From Candidatus Saccharimonadota bacterium (GTDB lineage Bacteria; Pseudomonadota; Gammaproteobacteria; Enterobacterales; Enterobacteriaceae): 32,000 nt of DNA. This document shows positions 18,668 to 31,954 of this stretch, piece after piece. The stretch lies in NCBI RefSeq assembly GCF_004296515.1, contig NZ_AP018160.1, positions 194,300-226,299 of the forward strand, written 5' to 3'. The stretch's first letter is position 1, and each line of letters begins with the position of its first letter. Under the pieces are notes generated by a model. That model was given only the letters and a program-made list of their open reading frames with translations. It did not search any database and was not told the origin of the DNA. A program made the translations under genes and the position numbers.

Positions 18668-19378
18668 ATGAATGGTCTTTTATTATTAGATAAACCATAT
18701 AAATGGACTTCTAGATTTTCTTTAAAAACAGTTTGTAATTTATTAAAAAATAATAATGCAGGTTATTATGGAGTATTAGATTCAATTGCAACTGGAATTT
18801 TACCTATATTATTTGGCAAAAATAAAAAAATTTCTATTGAATTATCTAATTCAGACAAATGTTATGAAGTTATTGCTTGTATTGGAATTAGAACAAGTAC
18901 TTATGATTCTGAAGGAACTATTATAAGTAAATTGTCTATTATTAATATAAGTAAACATTATATTTTATCTATTTTAAAAAAGTTTTGTGGGAATATAAAA
19001 CAATACTCTCCTATATATTCTAATGTTAAATATTTAGGAAAACCATCTTATAAATATGCTTTAAATAATATTGAAATAATAAAAATACCTAGATATGTAA
19101 ATATATATAATATTAAATTTATATATTTAAAAAATAATTTATTAAAATTAAAAATTTTATGTTCTAAAGGAACATATATAAGATCTTTAATAAATGATAT
19201 AGGTAATTATATTGGATGTGGGGCATATGTTTATTATTTAAGAAGAATAAAAATGTATAATTTTAATGAATCTGATATAATATCATTTAATTATATATAT
19301 AAAATATCTAATTTTTATAATTTTAATAAATATAAAATTATGAGATATTTATTTACTAAAAAATTAGATTTTATTTAA
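18668..19378 (+). CDS. truB: tRNA pseudouridine-55 synthase TruB (catalytic domain only)
   Basis: GLLLLDKPYKWTS, catalytic-Asp motif GVLDSIATGILPI, and SKGTYIRSLINDIG..GCGAYVYYLRR. Only 236 aa. Confidence 0.9.
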   Translation: MNGLLLLDKPYKWTSRFSLKTVCNLLKNNNAGYYGVLDSIATGILPILFGKNKKISIELSNSDKCYEVIACIGIRTSTYDSEGTIISKLSIINISKHYILSILKKFCGNIKQYSPIYSNVKYLGKPSYKYALNNIEIIKIPRYVNIYNIKFIYLKNNLLKLKILCSKGTYIRSLINDIGNYIGCGAYVYYLRRIKMYNFNESDIISFNYIYKISNFYNFNKYKIMRYLFTKKLDFI

Positions 19379-19402
19379 TAATAAATAAATTTATTACAAA
19401 TT

Positions 19403-19639
19403 ATGGATATTTGTTTAAAATATAATAGTTATTGTGGATCAATTGAATTTCAAATAACAAATTTAACTAATAAAATTAATAAATTACAAGAACATTTTAA
19501 AATTAATAAAAAAGATAATCATAGTAAGAGAGGTCTTATTTTAATGATATCTAAAAGAAAAAAATTATTAAGTTATTTAAAAAGAAAAAATACAAATTCA
19601 TATATAAATTTAATAAGCAATTTAAATTTACGTAAATAA
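19403..19639 (+). CDS. rpsO: 30S ribosomal protein S15
   Basis: GSIEFQITNLTNKINKLQEHFKINKKDNHSKRGLILMISKRKKLLSYLKRKN parallels E. coli S15 (GSTEVQVALLT..I..L..HF..HKKDHHSRRGLL). Confidence 0.93.
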   Translation: MDICLKYNSYCGSIEFQITNLTNKINKLQEHFKINKKDNHSKRGLILMISKRKKLLSYLKRKNTNSYINLISNLNLRK

Positions 19640-19681
19640 CTTATATAATAAATTTATTTTTTAACTATTTAGGTAATATTT

Positions 19682-21754
19682 TTGTTTTACTCATTTATAA
19701 AAGAATTTAAATATTGTGGATATTCTATAAAAATAGAAATTGGAAATATAGCTAGACAAGCTACATCTTCTTTGTTAATAAGTGCAAATGATACTTCTAT
19801 AATAATTTCTATAGTAGAGAATAATAAAAATTTATTAAATCAAAATATTTTACCATTAACTGTTAATTATTATGAAAGAGCTTATGCTTCAGGAAAATTT
19901 CCAGAAAATTTTTTAAGACGTGAATTTAAATTATCTGAAAATGAAATAATAATGTCTAGGTTAATAGATAGATCTATAAGACCATTATTTAGTAAAAATT
20001 ATTTTAATGAAATACAGATAACATTAACTGTTTTATCATTAGATCCTGATGTTAATTTAGATATTATATCTATAATAGGTGTTTCTACTGCTTTAAGTAT
20101 ATCAAATATTCCATTTAATGGACCTATAGGTGTATCTAAAATAGGATATATAAATAATGAATTAGTGTTAAATCCAAATAATAATGATTTAAAAAATAGT
20201 GAATTAGATTTATTAATTTCTGGAACTTTAGATTCTATTACAATGATAGAATTATCATCAAATTTTTTAGAAAAAAAAATAATATTAGATGCAATAAAGT
20301 TAGGTAAAAAAAATTATAGTTTTATTATAGATAATATAAATGATATAAAAAATAAAATTAATATTAATAATAATCTTAAAGAAATAGAATATAATAATGA
20401 TATATCATTATATAATTTAATATACGATATTTCATATGATAAATTTAATATTGCATATTCTATAGAAAATAAAAATGATAGATTAATAGAAATAATTAAA
20501 ATAAAAAATAATATTTTAGATCAAATAATAAATATTTTATCTAAAAATCAAGAAAATAATATATTAATTAATATTAATAATGTAGAAAAGGATGTAGTTA
20601 GAAATAAAATAATAAACAATAAAGTTAGAATAGATGGTAGAAATTATGATTCTATAAGAGATATAAGTATTAATATTGGAATTTTAAAAAGGGTTCATGG
20701 ATCATCTATATTTACTAGAGGATATACACAATCTTTAGCTTCAATAACATTAGGTAGTGAAAAAAATGGTATAGAAAACTCTAATGGTATAATTGATAAT
20801 TTTTTATTTCATTATAATTTTCCTCCATATTGTGTAGGAGAAATAGGAAATTATGGATTTCCAAAAAGAAGAGAAATAGGTCATGGTAAATTAGCTAAAA
20901 AAAGTTTAATTTATACAATGCCTAAATTTAAAGATTTTCCTTATTCTATAAGGGTTGTTTCAGAAATAATGGAATCTGATGGATCTTCATCTATGGCATC
21001 TGTTTGTAGTGCATCTTTAGCTTTAATGGATTCAGGTGTACCTATAAAATCTCATATAGCTGGTATAGCTATGGGTTTAATAAAGAATAATAACGATAAC
21101 ATTATTTTATCTGATATATCTGGAAATGAAGATAATTTTGGAGATATGGATATGAAAGTTTCTGGAATAAATAATAAAATAACCTCTATACAAATGGATG
21201 TAAAAAATGGATTAATATCTATTGATATAATAGATAATATTTTAGATAAAGCCTTGATTTCAATAAATAAAATTATTGATATAATGAATTCTTATATTTC
21301 ATGTCCTAGAAAAAAATTATCTAAATTTGCTCCTAAAATATTTACTATTAATATAGATAAAAGTAAAATTAAGGATGTTATAGGTAAGGGTGGATCTACT
21401 ATAAAATCTATAATGAATGATACAAAATCTTTAATAGATATAAATGATTGTGGATTTATTAAAATATATTCTAATAGTGATGAATTAGGAAAAAAAGCAA
21501 TAAATAAAATTATTAATATAACATCTTATATTAAAAATGATAAAATATATAAAGGTATAATAACAAAAATAATAAGTAATATTGGTATACTTGTATATTT
21601 AGAAAATAAAAAAAAAGAAGGATTGATAAAATTAACTTCTAATAAATTAGTTAAAAATAATATTAATTCTTTTAAAATCGGTCAAGAAGTTTATGTTAAA
21701 ATATTAAATATAGAAAAAAATGGAAAAATGAAATTATTATTAAATAATAATTAA
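19682..21754 (+). CDS. pnp: polyribonucleotide nucleotidyltransferase (PNPase), TTG start
   Basis: Two RNase PH domains (IARQATSS, RIDGRNYDSIRDI, GSSSMASVCSASLALMDSGVP), a KH motif (GKGGSTIKSI) and a C-terminal S1 domain. TTG at 19682 is preceded by tAGGt 8 nt upstream. Confidence 0.95.
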   Translation: MFYSFIKEFKYCGYSIKIEIGNIARQATSSLLISANDTSIIISIVENNKNLLNQNILPLTVNYYERAYASGKFPENFLRREFKLSENEIIMSRLIDRSIRPLFSKNYFNEIQITLTVLSLDPDVNLDIISIIGVSTALSISNIPFNGPIGVSKIGYINNELVLNPNNNDLKNSELDLLISGTLDSITMIELSSNFLEKKIILDAIKLGKKNYSFIIDNINDIKNKININNNLKEIEYNNDISLYNLIYDISYDKFNIAYSIENKNDRLIEIIKIKNNILDQIINILSKNQENNILININNVEKDVVRNKIINNKVRIDGRNYDSIRDISINIGILKRVHGSSIFTRGYTQSLASITLGSEKNGIENSNGIIDNFLFHYNFPPYCVGEIGNYGFPKRREIGHGKLAKKSLIYTMPKFKDFPYSIRVVSEIMESDGSSSMASVCSASLALMDSGVPIKSHIAGIAMGLIKNNNDNIILSDISGNEDNFGDMDMKVSGINNKITSIQMDVKNGLISIDIIDNILDKALISINKIIDIMNSYISCPRKKLSKFAPKIFTINIDKSKIKDVIGKGGSTIKSIMNDTKSLIDINDCGFIKIYSNSDELGKKAINKIINITSYIKNDKIYKGIITKIISNIGILVYLENKKKEGLIKLTSNKLVKNNINSFKIGQEVYVKILNIEKNGKMKLLLNNN

Positions 21755-21764
21755 AAAATTATTT

Positions 21765-23336
21765 ATGTCATATAATAAAACTTTTTTAGATTTAGGATTA
21801 GAAGTAAATATATGTAATAAGTTAAGTGAGTTAGGATTTGATAAACCTTTTCCTATACAAATAGAATCTATACCTAAATTAATTAATGGATTAAATATTA
21901 TAGGTAATGCTAGAACTGGAAGTGGTAAAACAATAGCATTTGTAACTCCTTTTTTAAATAAAATAGATATAAATTTAAAATATCCTCAATTTTTAATAAT
22001 TGAACCTACAAGAGAATTAGTTATACAGGTTAGTAAAGTTATATATGATATTTCTTCTGGAATAAAAAAAATAAACATTAGTTCTTTATATGGTGGTCAA
22101 AATTATAATATACAATTTAAATCATTAAAAGATAATCCTAATTTTATAATTGGAACTCCCGGAAGATTAATAGATCATATAAAGAAAGGTACATTAAATA
22201 TATCTAAAATAAAAGGATTAGTAATAGATGAAGCTGATGAAATGTTAAATATGGGATTTATAAATGATGTTAAATATATATTATCTAATATAAATAATAA
22301 ATATCAAATTGCATTATTTTCTGCTACTTTATCTAAAGAAATAAAAAATATAGCTTATAAATTTACAGATAATCTTGTTGAAGTAGTAGTAAATGATAGT
22401 GATTGTAGTAATTCAAAGATAGAACAAAACTATATTATTATAGATTATAATTTAAATAAAAAATTAGTTTTATTAACTTTTATAGAAATATCAAAATTTA
22501 AATTATGTATTATTTTTGTTAATACAAAAAATTTAACTATTGAAATATCTGATTTATTAAAAAAATTCGATTATAATTCTTCTTATATAAATGGAGATAT
22601 TAATCAAAAAATAAGAGAAAAAACTATAAAAATATTTGTAGAAGAAAAAATAAATATATTAGTTGCTACAGATATTGTAGCTAGAGGAATTGATATAAAT
22701 AAAGTTGATTTAATTATAAATTATGATTCTCCTAATAATATTGATACTTATATACATAGAATAGGAAGAACTGGTAGAGCAGGAAAAGATGGTAAATCAT
22801 TTATTTTTATAAATAAAAATGATTTTAAAATATTAAAAATAATAAAAAATAAATTTAATATAAATAGATATTTTTTACCAAGTTTAGAAGAATTAAATAA
22901 ATTAAAAGAATCTAAATTTATAGATAAGATAAAAAATAGCTCAATTAATATTAAATTAATAGATTTTAATAAAATAATAACTAAATTATTAGATTTATTT
23001 AATAATGATTATATAAATTTAATTAATGTTATTTTAAATATTTTAAATAAAGAAAAACCTATAATTTTAAATGAAAAAATTAAAGATTTTAAAAATAATT
23101 CTATAAAAAATAAAAAATATTATATATTTAAAATAAATATTGGTAAAAATAATAAAATAGATAAAAAATTTATTATAAATATTTTATTAAAAAACTTTTC
23201 TATAACTTATAATAATATAGGATATATAGTTATTTATAATTATTTTTCAAAGATACAATTATTTAATTTTATAAATAATATTATTAGTTATAATAATTTT
23301 CTTAAAAAAAATATTAAATTAGAATTGATTAAATAA
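21765..23336 (+). CDS. deaD: DEAD-box ATP-dependent RNA helicase
   Basis: Q motif FDKPFPIQ, then ARTGSGKT, PTRELV, TPGR, DEAD, SAT, ARGID and HRIGRTGRAG. It lies directly after pnp, as E. coli deaD does (minus nlpI). Confidence 0.88.
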   Translation: MSYNKTFLDLGLEVNICNKLSELGFDKPFPIQIESIPKLINGLNIIGNARTGSGKTIAFVTPFLNKIDINLKYPQFLIIEPTRELVIQVSKVIYDISSGIKKINISSLYGGQNYNIQFKSLKDNPNFIIGTPGRLIDHIKKGTLNISKIKGLVIDEADEMLNMGFINDVKYILSNINNKYQIALFSATLSKEIKNIAYKFTDNLVEVVVNDSDCSNSKIEQNYIIIDYNLNKKLVLLTFIEISKFKLCIIFVNTKNLTIEISDLLKKFDYNSSYINGDINQKIREKTIKIFVEEKINILVATDIVARGIDINKVDLIINYDSPNNIDTYIHRIGRTGRAGKDGKSFIFINKNDFKILKIIKNKFNINRYFLPSLEELNKLKESKFIDKIKNSSINIKLIDFNKIITKLLDLFNNDYINLINVILNILNKEKPIILNEKIKDFKNNSIKNKKYYIFKINIGKNNKIDKKFIINILLKNFSITYNNIGYIVIYNYFSKIQLFNFINNIISYNNFLKKNIKLELIK

Positions 23337-23337
23337 A

Positions 23338-25017
23338 TTAATTTTTTAAAATAAATAAAATTTTATTATAAAAATCATTTTCATTAATTAATATTCTATT
23401 TTTTTTTTTTTTATCAATATATTCAATAATATTTTTATCTATATTTTTTTCACTAATTATAATTAATTTAGATATTCCTATAATATCCATATTATATAAT
23501 ATATCACCTAAATATTCATTTTTATCATTAAATAATACATCTATATTGTTTTTTAATAGAAAATTATATATTTTTTCTGATATTTTTTTTATTTTTATAT
23601 TATTTAAATTTATAGATATTATTGAAATTTCAAATGGTTCTATATTAGATGGCCATAATATTTTATTATTATGATAATTTTGTTCTACTAATGAAAAAAA
23701 TATTCTAGATATTCCTATTCCATAACAACCCATTAATATATTTTTATTATTTATAAAAAAATTATATAAACTTGAATATTTATCATATAATTTAAATATA
23801 TGTGCTATTTCTATACTTTTCTTTATTATAATTTTACTATTTATTTTAAATAAACTTTTATCATTATAAGTTATTTCTCTTATATCTTCTATTATAGGTA
23901 ATTTTATATCTCTATACCAATTAACTCCATAAAAAAATTTATTATCTATATTTGCTCCAGTAATAAAATTATTCATAATAGATACATCGTAATCTATTAT
24001 TATTGGAATTTTAATATTTAATATTCCTACATAATCAATTGATGTTTTTGTTATTGAATAAATCTCATCTTTATTTGCAAATTTTATTGGTTTTTGTATA
24101 TATTTTAATTTATTTATTTTAAATAAACTTAATTTATGATTATATTTTATAACTACAGCTATAAATTTAGATGATATATAATTTTTATTAGAATATAATA
24201 TAAAAACTTTAATTAAATTATTTTTATTTACTTTGTTCTCATTTATTAATTTAATTTTGTTTTTTATATTAATAAAATAATTATTTTTTTTTTTTATATA
24301 ATTTTTAATAATATCTATATTACCTGATATATTTGATTTTTCACATAATCCAATTTTATTTTCTCCATATTTAGATAATATATGAAATTCATGTGATAAA
24401 TTATCACCTATAATTCCAGAATTTGCTTTATTTATAAAAAAATTTAAATTTAATTTTTTAAAAATTTTTTTATATGATATTAGTATTTTTTCATAAGTTT
24501 CATTAAGAGATTTTTTAGAATTATGAAATGAATAAGCATCTTTCATTATAAATTCTTTAGTTCTAAGCAATCCATTTTTAGGTCTTAATTCATTTCTAAA
24601 TTTACTTTGTATTTGAAAAAGTATAATAGGTAATAATTTTTCGGATTTTATTTCTTTTTTTAGTATATTAGTTATTATTTCTTCATTAGTTGGACTTAGT
24701 ATATAACAATTATTATTTTTTATTGTATTACAATATAACAGTTCTGATTTATAAGTATTAAATTTGTTACTAATATTACATATATTTATTGGTTGTAATA
24801 TAGGCATAAGAATTTCTGTTGCATATATTTTTTTCATTTCCTCTCTTATTAATTTACTAATTTTGTTTATTATTTTTAACCCAATTGGCATATATGAATA
24901 TATACCTGATGATAATTTTCTTATTAATCCAGATTTAATCATAAAATCATTAACAAATGAAAATGTGTTTAATTTTTTATCTTTTAATGTATATAAAAAA
25001 TATTTACTTGTACGCAT
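23338..25017 (-). CDS. proS: proline--tRNA ligase (bacterial type, with insertion domain length retained)
   Basis: MRTSKYFLYTLKD, RPKNGLLRTKEFIMKDAYSFH and GCYGIGISRIF are class II ProRS motifs. 559 aa. Contains A14 (plus-strand T 23399-23412) and A12 (24284-24295) runs in frame. Confidence 0.92.
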   Translation of the reverse strand: MRTSKYFLYTLKDKKLNTFSFVNDFMIKSGLIRKLSSGIYSYMPIGLKIINKISKLIREEMKKIYATEILMPILQPINICNISNKFNTYKSELLYCNTIKNNNCYILSPTNEEIITNILKKEIKSEKLLPIILFQIQSKFRNELRPKNGLLRTKEFIMKDAYSFHNSKKSLNETYEKILISYKKIFKKLNLNFFINKANSGIIGDNLSHEFHILSKYGENKIGLCEKSNISGNIDIIKNYIKKKNNYFINIKNKIKLINENKVNKNNLIKVFILYSNKNYISSKFIAVVIKYNHKLSLFKINKLKYIQKPIKFANKDEIYSITKTSIDYVGILNIKIPIIIDYDVSIMNNFITGANIDNKFFYGVNWYRDIKLPIIEDIREITYNDKSLFKINSKIIIKKSIEIAHIFKLYDKYSSLYNFFINNKNILMGCYGIGISRIFFSLVEQNYHNNKILWPSNIEPFEISIISINLNNIKIKKISEKIYNFLLKNNIDVLFNDKNEYLGDILYNMDIIGISKLIIISEKNIDKNIIEYIDKKKKNRILINENDFYNKILFILKN

Positions 25018-25172
25018 AAAATTATTAATATATTATTTAATTTAATATAATTAATTCATTTTTTTAATTAAATAGTATATACTAATTTCTATGTATTTTA
25101 TATTTAATTTAATTAATTTAATATAAAGAATAAATATTATTATTTTTTTTTTAAAATTTTTAATATTTATTT

Positions 25173-26730
<1,558 letters not shown>

Positions 26731-26773
26731 TTATAAAAAGGTGTGAAATTAATTGATTAAATATATAAATTAA

Positions 26774-26845
26774 GGGGTTATAACTCAATGGTAGAGTATC
26801 TGTTTTGCATACAGAAAGTTAGGGGTTCGAATCCCCTTAACTCCA
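26774..26845 (+). tRNA. tRNA-Ala, anticodon TGC, in the 16S-23S spacer; no encoded CCA
   Basis: ggggttataactcaatggtagagtatctgttTTGCAtacagaaagttaggggttcgaatccccttaactcca. The cloverleaf folds with a G3:T70 wobble (Ala identity element) and anticodon loop ttTGCat. Confidence 0.92.
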
Positions 26846-26862
26846 TAATATTTTATACTTAT

Positions 26863-29767
<2,905 letters not shown>

Positions 29768-29819
29768 TAAGTATTGAAAAGTATAATTTTATAATATAAA
29801 ATTTATAAATATATATATT

Positions 29820-29930
29820 TGATATTCATAACGTGATGGAAACACCTGATCCCATTCCGAATTCAGAAGTGAAATATCATAGTGCCGATGGTAGTATAGA
29901 TTATTCTATGTTAGAGTAGGAAAATATCAT
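29820..29930 (+). rRNA. rrf: 5S ribosomal RNA
   Basis: cacctgatcccattccgaattcagaagtgaaa...agtgccgatggtagt...agagtagg matches the 5S core. Helix I pairs tgatatt (29820-29826) with aatatca (29923-29929). Confidence 0.9.
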
Positions 29931-29944
29931 TTATATAAATAAAT

Positions 29945-30016
29945 AGGGATGTAGATCAATGGAAGATCGCCAGTCTCCAAAACTGGATGATGGGAGTTCA
30001 AATCTCTCCATCCCTG
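29945..30016 (+). tRNA. trpT: tRNA-Trp, anticodon CCA; no encoded 3' CCA
   Basis: agggatgtagatcaatggaagatcgccagtctCCAaaactggatgatgggagttcaaatctctccatccctg closely parallels E. coli tRNA-Trp. It ends 4 nt from the mnmE stop codon. Confidence 0.93.
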
Positions 30017-30020
30017 TTTA

Positions 30021-31442
30021 TTATTTACCTATACAAAATTTTGAAAATATTTCTGATAATATTTTTTCTGAATTATGTGTATTTTTATTTATATTTATTA
30101 AACTTAATAATTCTTTTTGAGAAAGTGAAATATTATCCGATAATATTGATATATCAAATTTATTTTCATCAATATTTAAAATATTAAATGATTTTTTTAA
30201 AATATCTATATGTCTTTTAGAAATTAGAAATTTAATTTCATTTATATTATTTAATTTTAAAATTTGTTCTATATTTTTTATTATTAAATTTATTCCAGTA
30301 TTTAATTTTGCAGATATTGTTATTAAAGAAATATTTTTTTCAAAATAATTATCATATATTTTTATATCATCTTTTGATAAATCACATTTATTTTTAACTA
30401 TAATTATAGGTATACAAGTATTATTTATAATATTAAATATATATTTATTAACCTTATTTTTTAATATATTTAATTTATTTTTAATTAGTAAGTTATTTCT
30501 TATATCTATATTATCTATAACTAAAATTAATAAATCAGATTTATTAATTAATTCTTTAGTTTTTTTTATACCTAATTTTTCTATAATATCATCAGTATTA
30601 TGTATACCTGCTGTATCAAATAAATTAATATTTATGCTATTATTTAATACTAATATTTCATTAATACTATCTCTAGTAGTTCCAGGTATTGACGTTATTA
30701 TAGATCTATCTTTATTAATTAATAAATTAAATAAACTAGATTTTCCTACATTAGGTTCTCCTATTATAGATATAATAATACCTTTACTAATTAAGTAACT
30801 TTTTTCTGAATTTAAAATTAAATTATTAATTTTATTTATAATGTTTTTTAATAAAAATTTTATTTTTAAATTTAAATTAATATCTATATTTTCATAAGAA
30901 AAATCTATAAATGTTTCAATTAATATTTTAATTTCATCTAATTTTTTAATTAAATTTTTTATTTCATTAGAAAAAATTCCTTGTACAGATTTACTATATA
31001 GTCTAGATTCTAATAATGAATTTGAATTTATTAAATTAATAATAGATTCTGATTGAAATAAATCTAATTTATTATTTAAATAAGCTCTTTTAGTAAATTC
31101 TCCTGGATATGCTAATCTAACATTTGGACATAATAATATATTATCTAATATATAAGACATCATATGTGGATTTCCATGACATTGAAATTCTAATAAATTT
31201 TCTCCAGTAAAAGAATTAGGTTTTTTAAAAAAAATAACTATACCTTTATCAAGAATTTCATTATTTTTATAATCATGAAAACTTAAATATTCTGCTTTTC
31301 TTATTATAGGTATTTTTTTAAAAAATTTATTAGATATATATTCAACTTCATCTCCAGATATTCTTATTATTCCTATACCTCCTTTCCCATATGGAGTAGA
31401 TATAGCAGCTATGGTTTCACTATCAATTAAAATATTATTCAT
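30021..31442 (-). CDS. mnmE: tRNA modification GTPase MnmE (TrmE)
   Basis: ETIAAISTPYGKGGIGIIRISG, G1 GEPNVGKSSLFN, G3 DTAG, G4 NKCD and the C-terminal CIGK motif. Confidence 0.95.
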   Translation of the reverse strand: MNNILIDSETIAAISTPYGKGGIGIIRISGDEVEYISNKFFKKIPIIRKAEYLSFHDYKNNEILDKGIVIFFKKPNSFTGENLLEFQCHGNPHMMSYILDNILLCPNVRLAYPGEFTKRAYLNNKLDLFQSESIINLINSNSLLESRLYSKSVQGIFSNEIKNLIKKLDEIKILIETFIDFSYENIDINLNLKIKFLLKNIINKINNLILNSEKSYLISKGIIISIIGEPNVGKSSLFNLLINKDRSIITSIPGTTRDSINEILVLNNSININLFDTAGIHNTDDIIEKLGIKKTKELINKSDLLILVIDNIDIRNNLLIKNKLNILKNKVNKYIFNIINNTCIPIIIVKNKCDLSKDDIKIYDNYFEKNISLITISAKLNTGINLIIKNIEQILKLNNINEIKFLISKRHIDILKKSFNILNIDENKFDISILSDNISLSQKELLSLININKNTHNSEKILSEIFSKFCIGK

Positions 31443-31443
31443 A

Positions 31444-31803
31444 TTATATATTTCTTTTAATAAAAAAATTAAAAATTTTATTTATATCTTTCTTAAAATA
31501 ATCAATATTATAATTATAATTAAAATTAAAATTATATTTTAATTTTAATATATAATCTAAATTATAAATTTTATATTTATTAATTCTAAAATATTCTCTT
31601 ATTAATCTTTTTAGTAAATTTCTTTTATTAGATAATTTAATACATTTTTTACTAATGTATATTCCTAATCTTGGATAATTTAAATTATTATTTGAATAAT
31701 TGATTTTAAAAAAATCACTTTTTTTAAAAAAAAAATTATTAGATATTATTTTTCCATAACTAAAAGATAATTTATATTTTTTTTTAAATGAATTTAATTT
31801 CAA
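31444..31803 (-). CDS. rnpA: ribonuclease P protein component, TTG start
   Basis: YPRLGIYISKKCIKLSNKRNLLKRLIRE is the RNR-motif region of RnpA. The start codon is TTG (plus-strand caa 31801-31803), 1 nt after the rpmH stop. Confidence 0.88.
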   Translation of the reverse strand: MKLNSFKKKYKLSFSYGKIISNNFFFKKSDFFKINYSNNNLNYPRLGIYISKKCIKLSNKRNLLKRLIREYFRINKYKIYNLDYILKLKYNFNFNYNYNIDYFKKDINKIFNFFIKRNI

Positions 31804-31804
31804 A

Positions 31805-31954
31805 TTAATATTTATATTTTATTAATATTAAATTTTTTCTTTTTTTATTTCTTCTATTAGATAATATTCTTCTTCCAGATTTAGTAGACATTCTAATTCT
31901 AAATCCTATTTTTCTAATTCTTTTAATTCTTGATGGTTGAAAAGTTCTTTTCAT
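31805..31954 (-). CDS. rpmH: 50S ribosomal protein L34 (absent from the supplied ORF track, 49 aa)
   Basis: Hand translation of the reverse strand gives [49 protein letters not shown]. It matches the E. coli L34 pattern [27 protein letters not shown]. Confidence 0.92.
   Translation of the reverse strand: MKRTFQPSRIKRIRKIGFRIRMSTKSGRRILSNRRNKKRKNLILIKYKY

Noticed and set aside
19384-19395. Recurrent aataaatttatt palindrome after truB (19384-19395) and after rpsO (19647-19658, followed by a T run), considered as mini-terminators
   Set aside because: It would form a stem of 4-5 A/T pairs at best. Words like this are expected by chance at this composition, so I cannot distinguish it from background.
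24764-25045. 93-aa plus-strand ORF overlapping the proS 5' end
   Set aside because: It is antisense to the conserved ProRS N-terminus and has a compositional-artefact profile.
25018-25172. Direct repeats of atttaatttaat-type words upstream of 16S, considered as UP-element or Fis-like sites
   Set aside because: These are low-complexity A/T repeats indistinguishable from the surrounding composition. No anchor such as a -35, -10 or mapped start is available.
29987-30187. 66-aa plus-strand ORF
   Set aside because: It starts inside tRNA-Trp and runs antisense through the mnmE 3' end, so it is spurious.
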